The notes: a model not told the origin generated them from the letters alone. A stretch of DNA of 64,000 nt from Octopus bimaculoides (GCF_001194135.2 NC_069000.1:42814328-42878327); one strand, 5' to 3'; positions 27,046 to 41,730 are shown, numbered from the stretch's first letter. Made by a program: numbers and translations.

Positions 27046-27754
27046 ATATGTCCATAATGTCAAACGGGAGTCACCAAAGGCGCTTAAGGATCTAACAGCT
27101 CTCTGAAAAATAAAACAATAACAAAAACGAAATCGAGATTTCTTTTGTATAATTCTTCCTTGTATTGACATCACGTTTCAACTTCGCATAATGACTACGG
27201 AGTCACAGAGAGCATCGTAATTTCATAAAAGTAATTAATACAAAATCATCAGTCAATTTTCCAATTCTAGCTGCAGCTGCCATCGACTATACTATGTCAC
27301 TATCTTCAAGGCACAGGCGAAGAAGCGTCCATTTGCTAGGAAGCTGTGAGACCTATTAGAAATTATCACTTTCAAGTGCAAAAAAATTTGTATCTCACAT
27401 AACTGAATATTTGAAACAGAGCCCATCACACTTCGTTCGTCTGACCGGTTAAAAATTGCTTGTCCCCTTGGGGTTGACTGGTATTCGGGGACTAATTCGG
27501 GTGCGCCGTTCTTGAATACAGTCATCTCAAAACTAAATTTCTTTCAAGGGAAGTCTATGATATTCCAGGGAAGCCCATGATATTTCCCTTCTTTCTATGT
27601 TTGATACTGTTTCTCCAGTGTTTTGTTTCAGATTTTCTTAATAATCTTCCTTACATGGAATGATTATCTATTGTTACATATACTATGATGAATATTCGTT
27701 CTTCATATCAAGCTCATCATTAAATTTCCTCCTTCTGTATTATTTATCGTCGAC

Positions 27755-28019
27755 AATAACAACATGAACAACAACAGCAACAACAACAACAACAACAACA
27801 ACAACAGCAACAACAACAACAACAGCAATAACAATGTCAACGACACAGATACCATGAAAACAATACGCGATTTTGTGTTTTGAACTAATTATAATTCCGT
27901 CTAATTTCTTTTACCGTTTTCCCTGAATATATTTAATTAGCATTTTATAAAATCGTTATAAAGTATTTCTTTATTGTTAGGGATCGCTTATAACGATACT
28001 ATGATTATCATAGCTTTTC

Positions 28020-28071
<52 letters not shown>

Positions 28072-28072
28072 T
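27755..28072. repeat. (CAA)n and (GTA)n microsatellites
   Basis: (CAA)n at about 27755-27835; (GTA)n at about 28020-28070. Confidence 0.95.
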
Positions 28073-28692
28073 GAATGCTATCTTTTATTATCGCGGATCT
28101 TAATGGCAATGTTTGTTTGGCTTTTCGCATTCGTCTTGTATTTTTGTTTGTGCAACGGAATTTACTTTTTTATATTCATTACTCTTACAGCACTTGTTGT
28201 TGTGGTCGTTTTTCTTATTGCTGTTGTTGTGATGCCATTTGTTGTCGTTTTCGTTAATGCAGATGTTATAGTTGTGGATAGTTGTTTACTGCCCAATGTA
28301 ATACAATGTAAAACGCTTTTTAGTAATAATTTCCTAGGCTACAAATTTTGGTCAAATGGTTTAGACATTTGCCTGGCGATCATTAGATCCTCGGTTCAAT
28401 CCCTGACGAATCGTGAGCAATTGATTATTTATTTCTTTTATCATTTCTGCGAAACGAGACAAGAATGAATTGCGACAGAAATTTGTCTAGCGGAAACTCT
28501 GTGGAAGACTGTCGTGTGAGTTGAACCTGCTATTCGCACGACATTTGTTCTGCCAGAAGACTCACTTGCGTCGGAATACTCAGTCACATACGCGGTGATT
28601 CATTGAGTAGGCGGCACAGTACATCAAACTGAACTAATCATCGTCGAAATCGGTGATGATCCTTCTGCTTCCTCCTAGTGTTCTCTAGTAAT

Positions 28693-28927
28693 GAAGTCGT
28701 CTGATCTCGTGGTCAGAGTGTCGCACTCACGACTGTTAAGTAGTAGGTTCGAATCCCAGGACGAGCAGCAGTTTGAGCTCTTGAGCAAAACACTTCATTT
28801 CACGTTGCTCCCGTCCACACATCTGGCAAGAATGAGTAATTCTGCGACGGACAGGCGTTCCATCTATATGGGAAATATATACACCATGGAAACCGGGAAA
28901 CCGGCCCTATGAGCCTATGTGACTCGG
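28693..28927 (+). mobile_element. SINE family D (different tRNA head, CORE-like segment, same 3' module as 18832)
   Basis: GGTTCGAATCCC B box; TTGAGCAAAACACTTCATTTCACGTTGCTCC; ends GAAACCGGGAAACCGGCCCTATGAGCC. A degenerate minus copy lies at about 770-1010. Confidence 0.8.
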
Positions 28928-29199
28928 AAACACTTCATTCTAAGCTGCCCCCCACTCCGCTAAGCAGCAAATGATTCAAACAATACTTGGGAAGTTGACC
29001 CTGTGATGGACTGGCGTCCTCTCCAAGGAGGTATATTGTTTTACAATCCCGCCAGACAAATTGAAACTGGCAAAACATAGTTTGAAAAAGACTGGTGTCA
29101 CATCGATTTGAATATCCCCGATTCCATCCAATATAAAACAAAATTGGAATCTATCATATATAGAATAGCAGGAATAAAAGCGAGAAGAAAAAACAGCTA

Positions 29200-29720
29200 G
29201 CGACGAGAGAAGAAATAGTAAAATGTCTCAGACCCTCCAGAGGGAAACTATTTGGCATGGTTTGGCAAGGTTTGAAATTTCCCACCCAATATAAATATGA
29301 TTCAAAGGAGCACTTGTTGAAAGCAGTTCGGAATAAGGGACTTGTGCTCATACCAGACTGCCTAGACCATCGAGGATTCAGAACAGTTGAAGTCCTCCAA
29401 GAAATAAATATCTGCTGGTCGGTGGTATCAGTCCCTTCGACATAGACATTCTGAAGATTCAGAGAGTGCAGAAGCAAGGCTGGTCAGATCCTAATCCAAA
29501 GGGATAATCAGTCTATGGGATCTTTCACGGAGTGGATCAATCTGTCAGATGACTCACATCTGTTATGTGGCTCTAAGGGCAGAAAGTTGAGATATCACTT
29601 GTGTGGTGATGCAAAGCATCTGAAGGCTTCCATCCTTCCCAGTACCAATATCACAGCAACAACATCAAGGAAATTATTAGCAGACCCATCGGCTGCGTGC
29701 ATCAACAATAACAGTTAATT
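29200..29720 (+). mobile_element. Probable L1/Tx1 ORF1 remnant with a decayed CCHC zinc knuckle
   Basis: KGRKLRYHLCGDAKHLKASI (knuckle at 29593-29634) has exact C-x2-C-x4-H-x4-C spacing, but the first and last Cys are substituted. Surrounding frames are broken. Confidence 0.5.
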
Positions 29721-31709
29721 ATAGAACCAAAATCAGTAACCAAGAACGCAACATCAACAAAATCAACAAAATAGACACTGCCCCACAACGAAACAAAAAA
29801 GGCAATGACACCCAAGATGTACCCCTCCCCAGAGTACCATTTAAGCAATCGCTTGGTGAATATGTTAGTTCTTCTATCTGTCCAGATACTATAGGCCTCA
29901 GTACCAGTCAAATACTGAGATCAAAACAAACGAATATAGCTCTCCTATAAAATTAACATTTTGTATCTATACAAGAACTGAAGAGATTTTTGCGTGAGTT
30001 CTGTATATTATACAGCAAGCAAAGTCATTTAGTCTACAGTAGAGTATTTTGCAAATGAATATGGCAGCATAATTTAGTTCAATGTTGAAGAATAATATAA
30101 CAAAAAATTGCAAATGTAGCAAATATTTGGCAACATCTAGCTAATTTCATTTCAAATTTAGTTGATAGAAATCTACGACAGCTGACAGCCCAATGTTTAG
30201 CAATTTACAAATATTAATTAATCGAATTTATTTCATATTATATCACATTCAAAACCTGGTACTGCAAATATTCTTCTTCGTTTTAATTTTTCTTTATTTT
30301 CTTAAAATTTAGTATTGCGCAAGCTGCACAGTAACTCATAATTCACATTATTCCACCATGCTTTCTTAGTCTTCTGATTAGTGAATGTCAGCGTTGCACA
30401 GAACTCATAATCCAAATTTCAGTTTTGAATGTATTTTTGGAGTCAATACATTTTAAAGGAAAAAAAGGGCACGCGTGTCTCTGGAGTGCTCAGCCACATG
30501 CACATTAATTTCACGAGGAGGCTGTTCTGTTGATCGGATCAACTGGAACCCTCGTTGTCATAACCGGAAGAATACCACTCATGCCCTGATTCCACGTAAA
30601 CCACACATATCTGAGTGTTAAAGGTTTTAATCTTTTGAAATTAAAAAGATAGGGTGGCTGTAGAATAAGAATAAATAAAAAGATAAATACCTTAAACTTG
30701 TTGGCACTGGAACTGACAAAACACGAACCAAAGACGGTTTTAAGAGATGGTGTACTAAAACATTTCAGTTTGGAACCCCTGTCTTTTAGTAAAAATAAAA
30801 TAGTATATAAGATTATTAATGATGTTAACACTTATTAATTCTGTGTAGATGTGTTCACCATTCTATACAATTTCCTGTTGGTTGTTTCATAAACGTCTGC
30901 AGATTGCTTCTCAGTACGGATGGACATTTTTATTAGCAATAGCTTATATTTCTCTTTTATCACATCATGCTAAATAACTCACTATAATTCATACGAACGT
31001 GTATATTACACGATGAATATGTAGCGTTCAAAACTCCCTTGACGTTCTGAACATTTGTGTCTTATATACTGAACCTACAAAGAGAGGAATTATGGTGCAA
31101 TATGTCGAATTAAAAACGCCGTTTTGAAAATTACATGCAACTCAGAGAAGCGTTCCAGTTCAGAGCTTCATGAAATGTACGAAGTTGATATGGAAACATC
31201 AAACATTCAAGCGATTCAATTCTCGTTCAAAAGATCAATAAACCATTTTAGCTCGCTACATTTCTATACAATATGAAATCAAATTCCATTGAAGTCATTG
31301 TTGTCTTTCATCCCTACGGGGTTGATAAAAAAATAACCGGGGGGGGGGGGAAATTACTTGCTTGTGCCTAAATTAGAAACTTATCATTATTATTATTATT
31401 ATTATTATTATCATCATTGGTGTTGTTGTTGTTGTTGTTATTGTCATCATCATCATTGTCATTATTATTAAGGTGTTAGACCAGTAGACTTGACTTGCTA
31501 GCGTGTTAATATAAACTCCAGTTAATCGTTCTGAGTGAAAATCCCTCTGAGGACATTATTGTCTTACAACTCACCATGGTCGGTTCAAACAATTAATCAG
31601 TCAAGTGCTCAGATCCATGTAACCAGCTAACCCTCTCCCACCAAACGGCTGACCTTGAACCAAAGTTTGAAATAATAATAATAATAATAATAATTATTAT
31701 TATTATTAA

Positions 31710-31927
31710 TATAAACCTTCCTACTAAAGGCACAAGGCCTGAAATTTTGAGGGAGAGGATTGCCAATTTCGCTGACCCTTGTGCGTAAGCGGTACTTATT
31801 TTATCGACTCCGATAGAGTGGAAGGCGAGGTCGACCTCGGCTGAATTTGAACTCATAACGTAGCGAGGGCAAAATACTATTAAGCATTTCGCGCGGCGTG
31901 CTAACGATTCTGCTACCCCGCCGCTTA
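31710..31927 (-). mobile_element. SINE family A, full length
   Basis: Same head, core and tail motifs on the minus strand, next to (AAT)n. Confidence 0.85.
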
Positions 31928-33027
31928 ATGATAATAATGATAATAATTATTGCTGATCATATTGCTGTTGTGGTTGTCAACACAGTGAAGTGGCAGCAGA
32001 ATGCTACAGGTGTATGCAAACAACACTACCCCTCCTTTAAAGCTGAAAGGATTTCAAAGAAAATATTGTAAGAATTGCGAAAAATACGTTACAAGAGAAG
32101 ACCCAGAAATATTTCTGAGAAAACGGTGAGAAAGGTTGTAAGAAATTCTTTGAATATTATTTGATCCATTAAAACAAAGGATACCAGAGAATTTAGCGAT
32201 TATCGTGAGCATCTCCAATATATGAGGCAGCAAAGTACAACGACTTAAAGACTTGGCTGTCAATGTGCGGGAAAGAATGGAACCATCTGAAGACATTTCT
32301 GCCGCTGAAATTCAATGATCATGATTTCAGTTAATCCATCCGGATAACAAGAATTGATAGTGAGGTTTTCTGAGTTGAAGTATTACCAAATAAGGATATA
32401 TCACGAGGTAATCTATTTAAGGGGCCATCCGATTTCGTAAAGTCAATGCTTGATATTGCTTTAGTGAAACGCTGAAGGAAAATTAATAGTAAGCGGTAGA
32501 AATAGAATCAAATCAAAGGTGGAAAGTAGGATGCAATAAAATACGACAAATGCACCATTGGTGGGTAAATTGGGATTAAGAAGACTTGATAAATATTGCA
32601 ACCCTAATAGTTACAGAGGATATTCAAAATGGCTCCATATTTGATTTGAAATAATCCATGTAGAGCGACATTGACAGCTGAAGGTGATCCGACTCACTCT
32701 CCACATGATGAAATTTTGTGAGCTGAATAAAAATAGATGTAAAAGCTTTATTGATAATTTGTGCTAGCATAAAGGCAGTCAGCTGACAGAATATTTACTG
32801 CACCGGACAAAATGCTTTGCGGCATTTCTTCCGATATGACGTCCTGATTCTGTATTTAATTAATTCGAGTTCGAAAAAGTAGGTACCTGTTGAGCCCTGG
32901 GTTCCATGCAATTGACTTAACCAAAATAGCTGACCTTCTGTCAATATTCGAACGCAATAACTTGCGCTGGAGTTTAAGATTTGGTTCTTTAGCGAAAGTT
33001 ATGCAGAAGCAGACATAATGTTTCTAC

Positions 33028-33211
33028 AGTCCTATATTTAAGAGATGAAGAATTATGTACATTATTTACATTATTTACATTTGACGGATATTTGTCCTCA
33101 TTTGTTGTTTGTTGTTAACACAACATTTCGGCTGATATACTCTCCAGCCTTCATCAGGTGTCTTGGGGAAATTTCGAACCTGGGTTCTCATTCCTAAGGT
33201 ATTTTTCGATG

Positions 33212-33245
<34 letters not shown>

Positions 33246-33343
33246 CTGCTTGGAATCGAACTCGGAATCTTGGGGTTAATAGGCCGCGCTCTTAACCACT
33301 GAGCAAGATGAGGACAAGTATCCGTCAAATGTAAATAATGTAA
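33028..33343 (-). mobile_element. Short retroposon: tRNA-like head + (AAT)n + hammerhead ribozyme + tail, with an inverted tail copy (Penelope pLTR-like)
   Basis: A box GCTCAGTGGTTAAGAGC and B box GAGTTCGATTCC (33252-33263). Inverted arms 33059-33103 and 33305-33350. Direct repeat ATAATGTTTCTAC at 33015-33027 and 33344-33356. Confidence 0.8.
33117..33162 (-). ncRNA. Minimal type-I hammerhead ribozyme motif
   Basis: GACAC-CTGATGA-A-GGCTG-gagagtatat-CAGCC-GAAA-TG-TT-GTGTT. It has the full core, a perfect 5-bp stem II and stem I GACAC/GTGTT. Stem III is only 2 bp and carries a C>T change. Putative cleavage triplet GUU. Confidence 0.75.
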
Positions 33344-33984
33344 ATAATGTTTCTACTGATTCATATCGGTCGTTCAAACTGCAAATTTTCATTGAGTGCT
33401 TCTTTTTCTCTGAGAAGTTCTGGCTATAGCGTTCCTGTTGGTGTTATTATGATTCTTGTTGTTGTTGTTGTTGTTGCCATTCTTGATGTTTTTTTTTAAG
33501 ACTAATATTTTGGTTGCGTTATGATTAATTTAGTTGTCGTATTTATAATTGTTGTTTTCGTTTTTGTCGTTTTTCTGATTCTCGTTGTTGTTGTTGTTCG
33601 CGTCGTTGTAGTCATTCTGACGATTTTTGTTGTCGATGTTGTTGTTGTTGTTGTTGTTGTTGTTGTCGTTGTAATTGTTCTAGTTGCTGAATATGCTGAC
33701 GCTGCAATTTCAGATTTCACATTTTTCCTATTACATTTAAAAAAAATTATTTTTTCGACACTTCATTAAATAAAAAAAAAAAATGGCTATAGTTCTAAAT
33801 TATAGAGCAACGTAAAAGCACCTGTGTTCCTGTTCGTATATCAATTAATTTCATATTTGTATTTAATTTTTGATAATTAATTACTAACCATAATTAGATT
33901 TGAATTTAGTCGATAATGACCGCAAGGTTCGAAGTTACATTTTGACATATATACAGAATAAAAAAAAGAACGAGATATATGCAT

Positions 33985-34016
<32 letters not shown>

Positions 34017-34043
34017 ACAGGCGCACATAATTGTATGTGTATC

Positions 34044-34085
<42 letters not shown>

Positions 34086-35340
34086 AGTATGCACATACAT
34101 ACATGTATGCACATACATACATGTATGCATATATATATATATATAAAACAGCAACTGCTTGTCAAATAGTCCAACAATTGTATGAGATTTCACAAAGTAT
34201 TTCCATAATTTATATAATTTTCGGAAATGTTTTGCTGAGTTCGAACTAAAATGTGTTAAATACATAAACTCATTTTGATGCGATAATAAAAACATCGTTC
34301 GACCTACGCACGCTCTCGTATTTCGTTGATAATACGACAATACATCTCAATATTTCTTTAAGCATAACGAGAGTGAGATAATGAACGGGACAGTTAAACA
34401 GCTAACATGTTTAAAATAGTCATTATTCTAGCAATAAAATATTTTCAAGATTTATGAATGAAATCTAGTTAATATAAAAATTCATAATAATCTATTTAAC
34501 ATTATCTGTTTCGGAATTTACTGCATCGTCCAAACATTGGAAATATACTTACATTTAAGCTACATTAATATTACGTCACTGTTTTTAAGAAGTTAATAAA
34601 GCGAACAGTTTTTCTTAACTGTTGTGAATTTTACCAAGAAATACTTGCTTGCTAATCTACTGCTAATAAATTTTGCAAACCCAATGAGAATTAGTTCAGC
34701 ATCGGTCCCAAATGCTTCTGCTATTTCCAAATGAAAACAGAATACAACCTCCTCATTAAGAGACAAGATAAACAGTTTCATTAAATTGAATGACATTATA
34801 CACATTGAGGTATTTTGTGTTTCGGGATTTAAGACACAAGCATTATTTGCTTAATGAATTCATACAATTTTAATTACTACACGCCAATGAAACTGGAAAA
34901 ATTCATCATGTCAGTGTTACTAAAGTTTCTAAGCAACGTTCTTTTAATCCGTCTCTTATCAGTCTGTTGCAATAGTGAGGATCTTCGTTCCGGTTTCAGT
35001 TCCATGCGTGGCACCCTCAGAAGCTTACTTCTGCTATAACCTCGGGTCAGTCAAAGTTTTGTGAGTGGATTTGGAGTGGATAGGGAAGGTAAAGTGGACC
35101 TCGGCGGAATTTGAAGTTGGAACGTAAAGACGGACGAAATACTGCTATGCATTTTTCCGGCCTGGTAACGATTCTGTCAGCTCATTGGCTCACTTTCCAC
35201 TCTAAAATATTGCTAACATACTGGGCCGCCTCAAGGCATTGACAGACGATGCTCTGGGCCCTCAAATATCTAAGGGTGAAGTTTGAATCTATATATGTTG
35301 CGGCTTGCTTTCAATAAATAAATATCGTCAATTATTTTAT

Positions 35341-35882
<542 letters not shown>

Positions 35883-37665
35883 TCAATAAATGCATACTAT
35901 GAAGCCCATTGTAGTGAGTTTCTCTGGGGGCCTATGATGCTGTTTAGACAGTCTAGCTAGCATATGTTGTCTTTCTTTTATCCTAAACAAAATTATCTGA
36001 AACTTTCTAATATCTAATGACCGATATAGCTGTTTGTGTTTAGATATTTCGTTAGGTGGCGAGTTATTTATCTTTGAACATACTCATGGCTTCTGTTGGT
36101 AATACATTTTAAATGGCTGCAGATAAAACGTTTGTTTATTTTGTGTGTATGTGTGTGTGTCTGGGTGTGTTTGCGTGTGAATTTAAAGTCTTTAGTCATA
36201 GATATGATTATGATGTGTAACTAAAACCATAGTAATTAATTGAGGATAAATATTAATAGAAGGTATGTAATTAAGCACGAATTATTGCTTAGAATGGAAT
36301 AGGTCTTTCATATTAGTCCTATATATTTGATACCTAGCACTTAATTTTATTTGATAGCTTCTAGTTTCTACCTCCCACACTCTCTTGATATTTGCATCAG
36401 GCATAATCGATATGATATTGATACAATAGTCTCTGAAATGACGATACAACGGATCGGATTAGTTCTTTTGAAACGTACGGCTAAAGATTATTTTAATTTA
36501 CATATATATGATTTGTAGATATATATGTATGTGTATCTATATGTGTATATATATATCTACATTTAGCTATCTATACACATAGAATCATTGACCAATTCAC
36601 AACACGCACACATATACATATGCACAAACACACACACACGCATACACATATGTATATGCACACAATCATAATGCATGCTTACGTACTTTTTCTAACAATG
36701 TGCTTCTTAATCCAATATTGTACGTCATGTTTTATAGCTTTATCTTCTTCGAGGTCAACAGCTAATACGATTTGCTTTATATCTCCCGCAGTTTCTAAAA
36801 AAAATTAATATTCTTATAATGTAAAAATACACACACACATACACACACTCACACACATATATCTAGTATTGGTAGAATCAACAAAAGACGTGCTCCATCC
36901 ATTAAGAGATAAATATCAGTTTAACACACTTACCGAAAAAACTAGTGATAACATCATGCTTTTATGATGCATTACCGAAGCATATTTATACAATATGCCA
37001 TGCATTTCGAAGCAATCCTTCAAGTTCTGGTAATCCGTTAGCTATATTTTAAAAACAACAAAGAGAATAAGGAGAATAAGGAAAAAACTAACCAGAAGAA
37101 ACACGTTAAGAAATGGAATGAGAAGAAAGAAATAAAAAGCAAGAATACAGAGACCCCTATCTTCCCTGATTGCGGAAACCACAATTAATGCAGCTGGGAT
37201 AGAACAATATAAAACAAAAAATATGTGGAAATTTTGTGAGAATATTGGGAAATTCATTTAATTTTTCCACAATTCAATTATTTTTCTTATTTTACTTTAA
37301 GTTGAAAAAGTCGCAAAGGGTGAAACCGGTACTAAAATGTACTTANNNNNNNNNNNNNNNNNNNNNNNNNNNNNNNNNNNNNNNNNNNNNNNNNNNNNNN
37401 NNNNNNNNNNNNNNNNNNNNNNNNNNNNNNNNNNNNNNNNNNNNNNNNNNNNNNNNNNNNNNNNNNNNNNNNNNNNNNNNNNNNNNNNNNNNNNNNNNNA
37501 TATATATATACATATATATATATATGTGTGTGTGTGTGTTTACATCAGCTGAACATAGTTAAAAACATGGTCTGGCTTTCACGTTTTTAATTATGGTATT
37601 TTAACATAAAAATTATTTTGTAATGTTCATAAAGTTCAATTAACGCTTTCATCTTTCAAAAACAG

Positions 37666-38058
37666 AATAAGACATTCACAGTATCCAAATGTAATGATGA
37701 CAGATGTGGAACGTGTCAATACATGCATATTCGTAGATCCATTAGAACAACAAAAAAAAACGGATAGGTTTTAGCAAATGCAGATATGAACTGCAAAAGC
37801 AGAAATTTGATCTACTGCATTAAATGCGTGAGTTGCAAGGAACTATATATAGGTGAGACAGGGAATGCATTATCGGAACGCTCAGGAGTCCACTAACAAC
37901 AACTCCGGAACACCAATGTTTGCCATATCCACCTGAGCGAAGATATAGGAACATATTGTCAGAAAATGTTTCTAATTTTTCCTTTCCACAAACTACATAA
38001 CACAAGTGAGTTTGGAAGAAAAATAAAAGGAAAATGGTTTATTAAAATGTACAAACCT
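37666..38058 (+). mobile_element. Penelope-like element GIY-YIG endonuclease remnant (one frame, two in-frame stops)
   Basis: Frame +1 reads VSKCNDDRCGTCQYM...MNCKSRNLIYCIKCVSCKELYIGETGNALSERSGVH*QQLR...FPFHK...FIKMYKP. It carries the PLE CxxxRCxxC motif and the IY-x-CxxC-x-YIGET GIY-YIG core. Confidence 0.9.
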
Positions 38059-38558
38059 ACACACACGCACGCACACACACACACACACACACACCTACAC
38101 ACACATGCATACAAACACACACACGCATATACACACACATGTATACATACTCAAAAATAGACAAACGTACACTCACATACTCATGCAGACACAGGCGCGT
38201 GCAAATAGGTATTGTTTATTGCCGACAAATATGAAAGCACTGTAAACATAAATCTAATTGGAATGAGGTTGCCAACCTGAATATTAGTGAACGGAAATAT
38301 ATTGACTGCAGAACATCTAAATCATCAAAAGAAATTAGAGAATTACTCCATACCACAGCTTCAGTACACATATTTAACAATTATTGTTGTGTATTTATGT
38401 ATATATATATATTGTATGTATATATGTATGTATGTATACATACGTATATGTACATAATTACATCTATACGTTTATATATATATATATATATATNNNNNNN
38501 NNNNNNNNNNNNNNNNNNNNNNNNNNNNNNNNNNNNNNNNNNNNNNNNNNNNNNNNNN

Positions 38559-38626
<68 letters not shown>

Positions 38627-39839
38627 GCATATGTGGGCACACGACGTCATGAAACGTGTACAACAAAAAAGTACGAAGCACGAGTACGTGGAACATGAAC
38701 AACGACAGACACAAACGGAAAACAGAACAAACATAAAGAACGACCCTTCATCAGTTGTTGTCTGTATTTCTAGTCTCGTATTTCGAGCATTTAACAACAA
38801 TATACACTTTCGATAAAACAGTTGCTCCTTGCAAAGCAAATTAAATAATATTTGGGATTTTGCGGAGGGGCAAAATAGGTGACACAAACAGGAGAGTGAA
38901 AACAAACAAGAAGGGCTGCTAATGAGGTTGTGGTGGCGAACGCGTAAATCAAGCTTGGACAGGAGACAAACAAGAACACGTCTTCCTTGTTCAGGCTACC
39001 TTTGGTGTTTATATATATATATTCTTTTTATATGTTGAAGGCGATGGTAACACCCGTTCTTCTCAGAGAACATGATGATAATAATGATTTCCAAAGAACA
39101 GCAGTTAGATGAAATAAATAAGCTTTTGAAATACCAGGGCTTAAGATTAGCAGGAATATCAACAGAGATTTGTTGCAACCGAGCAAAGAATCAGGTGACA
39201 TGCTTGAAGATTTTGACAGAGGGAATTAGATCAGAAAGTTCATCTGGTAAATGAGTTTGGAAATATTTATAGAAAAGACACAAAGAAGGAACATATCGGT
39301 GATGACCCAAAGACTCCAAGTAAGGAACTGGCTACATCATTGATTTAATCGACATCGTCGAAATCAACTGAGGAACAATTTAAGTTTCTTCCATTCTTAG
39401 AATTCAAATTGTCTTATATAGAACTGGCACTGTACCAATGCCAAAGAAAGCTATTCTTTGAAGTAATAAAGAAGGAACATTGGTTCAACATTCTATGAAA
39501 GAACGTTATTGTTTCGTATTGTGTACAATGTATCCCATTCCTGGAACAGAGAAATCGGATACATTCTTCTATTGTATATCAACTTGAAATCTCTTCCGTG
39601 AGATCTATTGGTCACAAAATTTCGAGATATCTGATTCTATAGATTCACATTATTACCGTCTTTTATTCTGATATCGCCGTCATTTACTTTGATCTAGTGA
39701 TAACAGGATGGCCTGTATTTAATTCTTGATATTATGGGCGGCTCTCATTGATTTCTTGATATCCGGGTGGGTCCTTTTCATCTTTTCATTACCTCACTGG
39801 AATCTGGTGAGGCTGGGGTTCGATGCACTTCTTTTTCTT

Positions 39840-40156
39840 TTTCTTCTCATCATCGTCATCACCATTATCGTCATCATCGTCATATTCATCGTCGTCGTCG
39901 TCATCATCGTCATTTTCATCCTTGTCATCGTCTTCATCATCATCATCATCATCATCATCATTATCACCACGACCACCACAACCAAGACCACTATATAGAT
40001 AGACATATATAGACATACTATAGCTATACAGATAGACAGATAGATCGATAGATAGAGAGATACATAGACAGATAGATGGATGGATAGATAGATAAACAGA
40101 TACATAGATAAATATGAAAGTAATTATATCTGTATATTTATACACACATGTATACA

Positions 40157-40254
<98 letters not shown>

Positions 40255-40380
40255 CATATATACATGCGTGTGTGTATTGATAGACTGATATAATTACATA
40301 CATATATATCCATGTATCTGCCTAACTGTCTGTCTATCTATCGATCTATCTCTATCTATCTACCTATCTATATAGCTATA

Positions 40381-40461
<81 letters not shown>

Positions 40462-40470
40462 TGTATATGT
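39840..40470. repeat. Compound microsatellite field (TCA/TCG, GATA, CA, TA, TATG)
   Basis: Consecutive simple repeats are directly visible. Confidence 0.95.
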
Positions 40471-41010
40471 AAGGTATTTTTGTTTTCTTCTTAAATTCTA
40501 AAGTCGTCAAAGGCAAAGTAATCATTAACAGACAAACTAGGAAGACGTCGCATCACAATCACGGAAATAATTTCACAATACGTCTTCTCGCATTGATGAT
40601 CCTGGTCAGGTCAAACTAAACTCGGAGATGATTAACACATTTGGATTAATTCTATCTGGACTTCGACCCGTTTGAAAAATTGACATTAAATTAGACATGC
40701 ATTGAATTAAACAGAGTACGAGGTATCTGTCCAAACGGTAAACTTAATTGGAAATTAGCCTTAAGAATTAAAGGGATGTTGTCACGCAAATAAATGCTTT
40801 ATCACAAGTTCGTGTGACAGTAAGAAGGTAGCTGGGTTTGTCCAGCCATCCATCAATTTCCTGGGAGCTTAGAAGTGTAAACTGGAACGCATACAAACAC
40901 ACACACACACACACACTCACGCAATTTTATGAACACCTACCTATCTACCAATCTATCTACCTACCTACCTACCTGTCTATCTATCTATCTATCTATCTAT
41001 NNNNNNNNNN

Positions 41011-41043
<33 letters not shown>

Positions 41044-41189
41044 GCTGTCTGTCTGTCTGCACGTCTGTCTATATGTCTGTCTGTTTATCTGTCTGTCTAT
41101 CTATTCATCCGTCCATCATCTATGTACATGCGTGCGCGGGTGCGTGTGTATGTATGTGCGTGTATGGAGAGAGCGAAATTGAGAGAGAG

Positions 41190-41238
<49 letters not shown>

Positions 41239-41686
41239 AAGGGGAAGAGAAAGAGAAAGAAAGAGTTAGAGTAAGGGCGAGAAATATATCATATTTGGAA
41301 CGCCGTCGTTATTTAAAATATCGCATATTTTTGAACTGTTAGTTCATGATTTCAGAAAATCGTGGAAAAAAGGCTCTAAAAATGAATATATGATTTTATT
41401 GCTTCACATTTAATATTATTTATCTTTCTAAAATATTCAGAATTAAGCTATATACAGCGAAAGGATAATTTTCATAATGCATCTGTTTATTTATATCCTA
41501 GAAAAATTATCCATCCGTGACATATTTGAAATCTAAATACTATAAACAAAGGAAGGATAAATTGTGCTTTGTCTTCCGTTTTAATTCAACCGACTATTAA
41601 AAAGATTATTGCTTTCGTATATACAATTGTTTTAAAAAGAGACTTTCTAAAAAAAAGGGCGTTTGAAAGTGTCTGAATGCGTCTGG

Positions 41687-41730
<44 letters not shown>

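Noticed and set aside
26589-27174. Poly-His, poly-Met, poly-Ser and poly-Asp ORFs
   Set aside because: All frames of one degenerate (GAT)n tract; the composition differs by frame and no splice context supports any of them.
32054-32330. Complex sequence suggestive of a coding remnant
   Set aside because: No recognisable motif in the frames read, and multiple stops.
38741-38830. CTGATGA and GCTCGAAA words on the minus strand, possible third hammerhead
   Set aside because: CTGATGA lies downstream of GAAA without a pairing stem II, and the upstream core is too decayed to fold.
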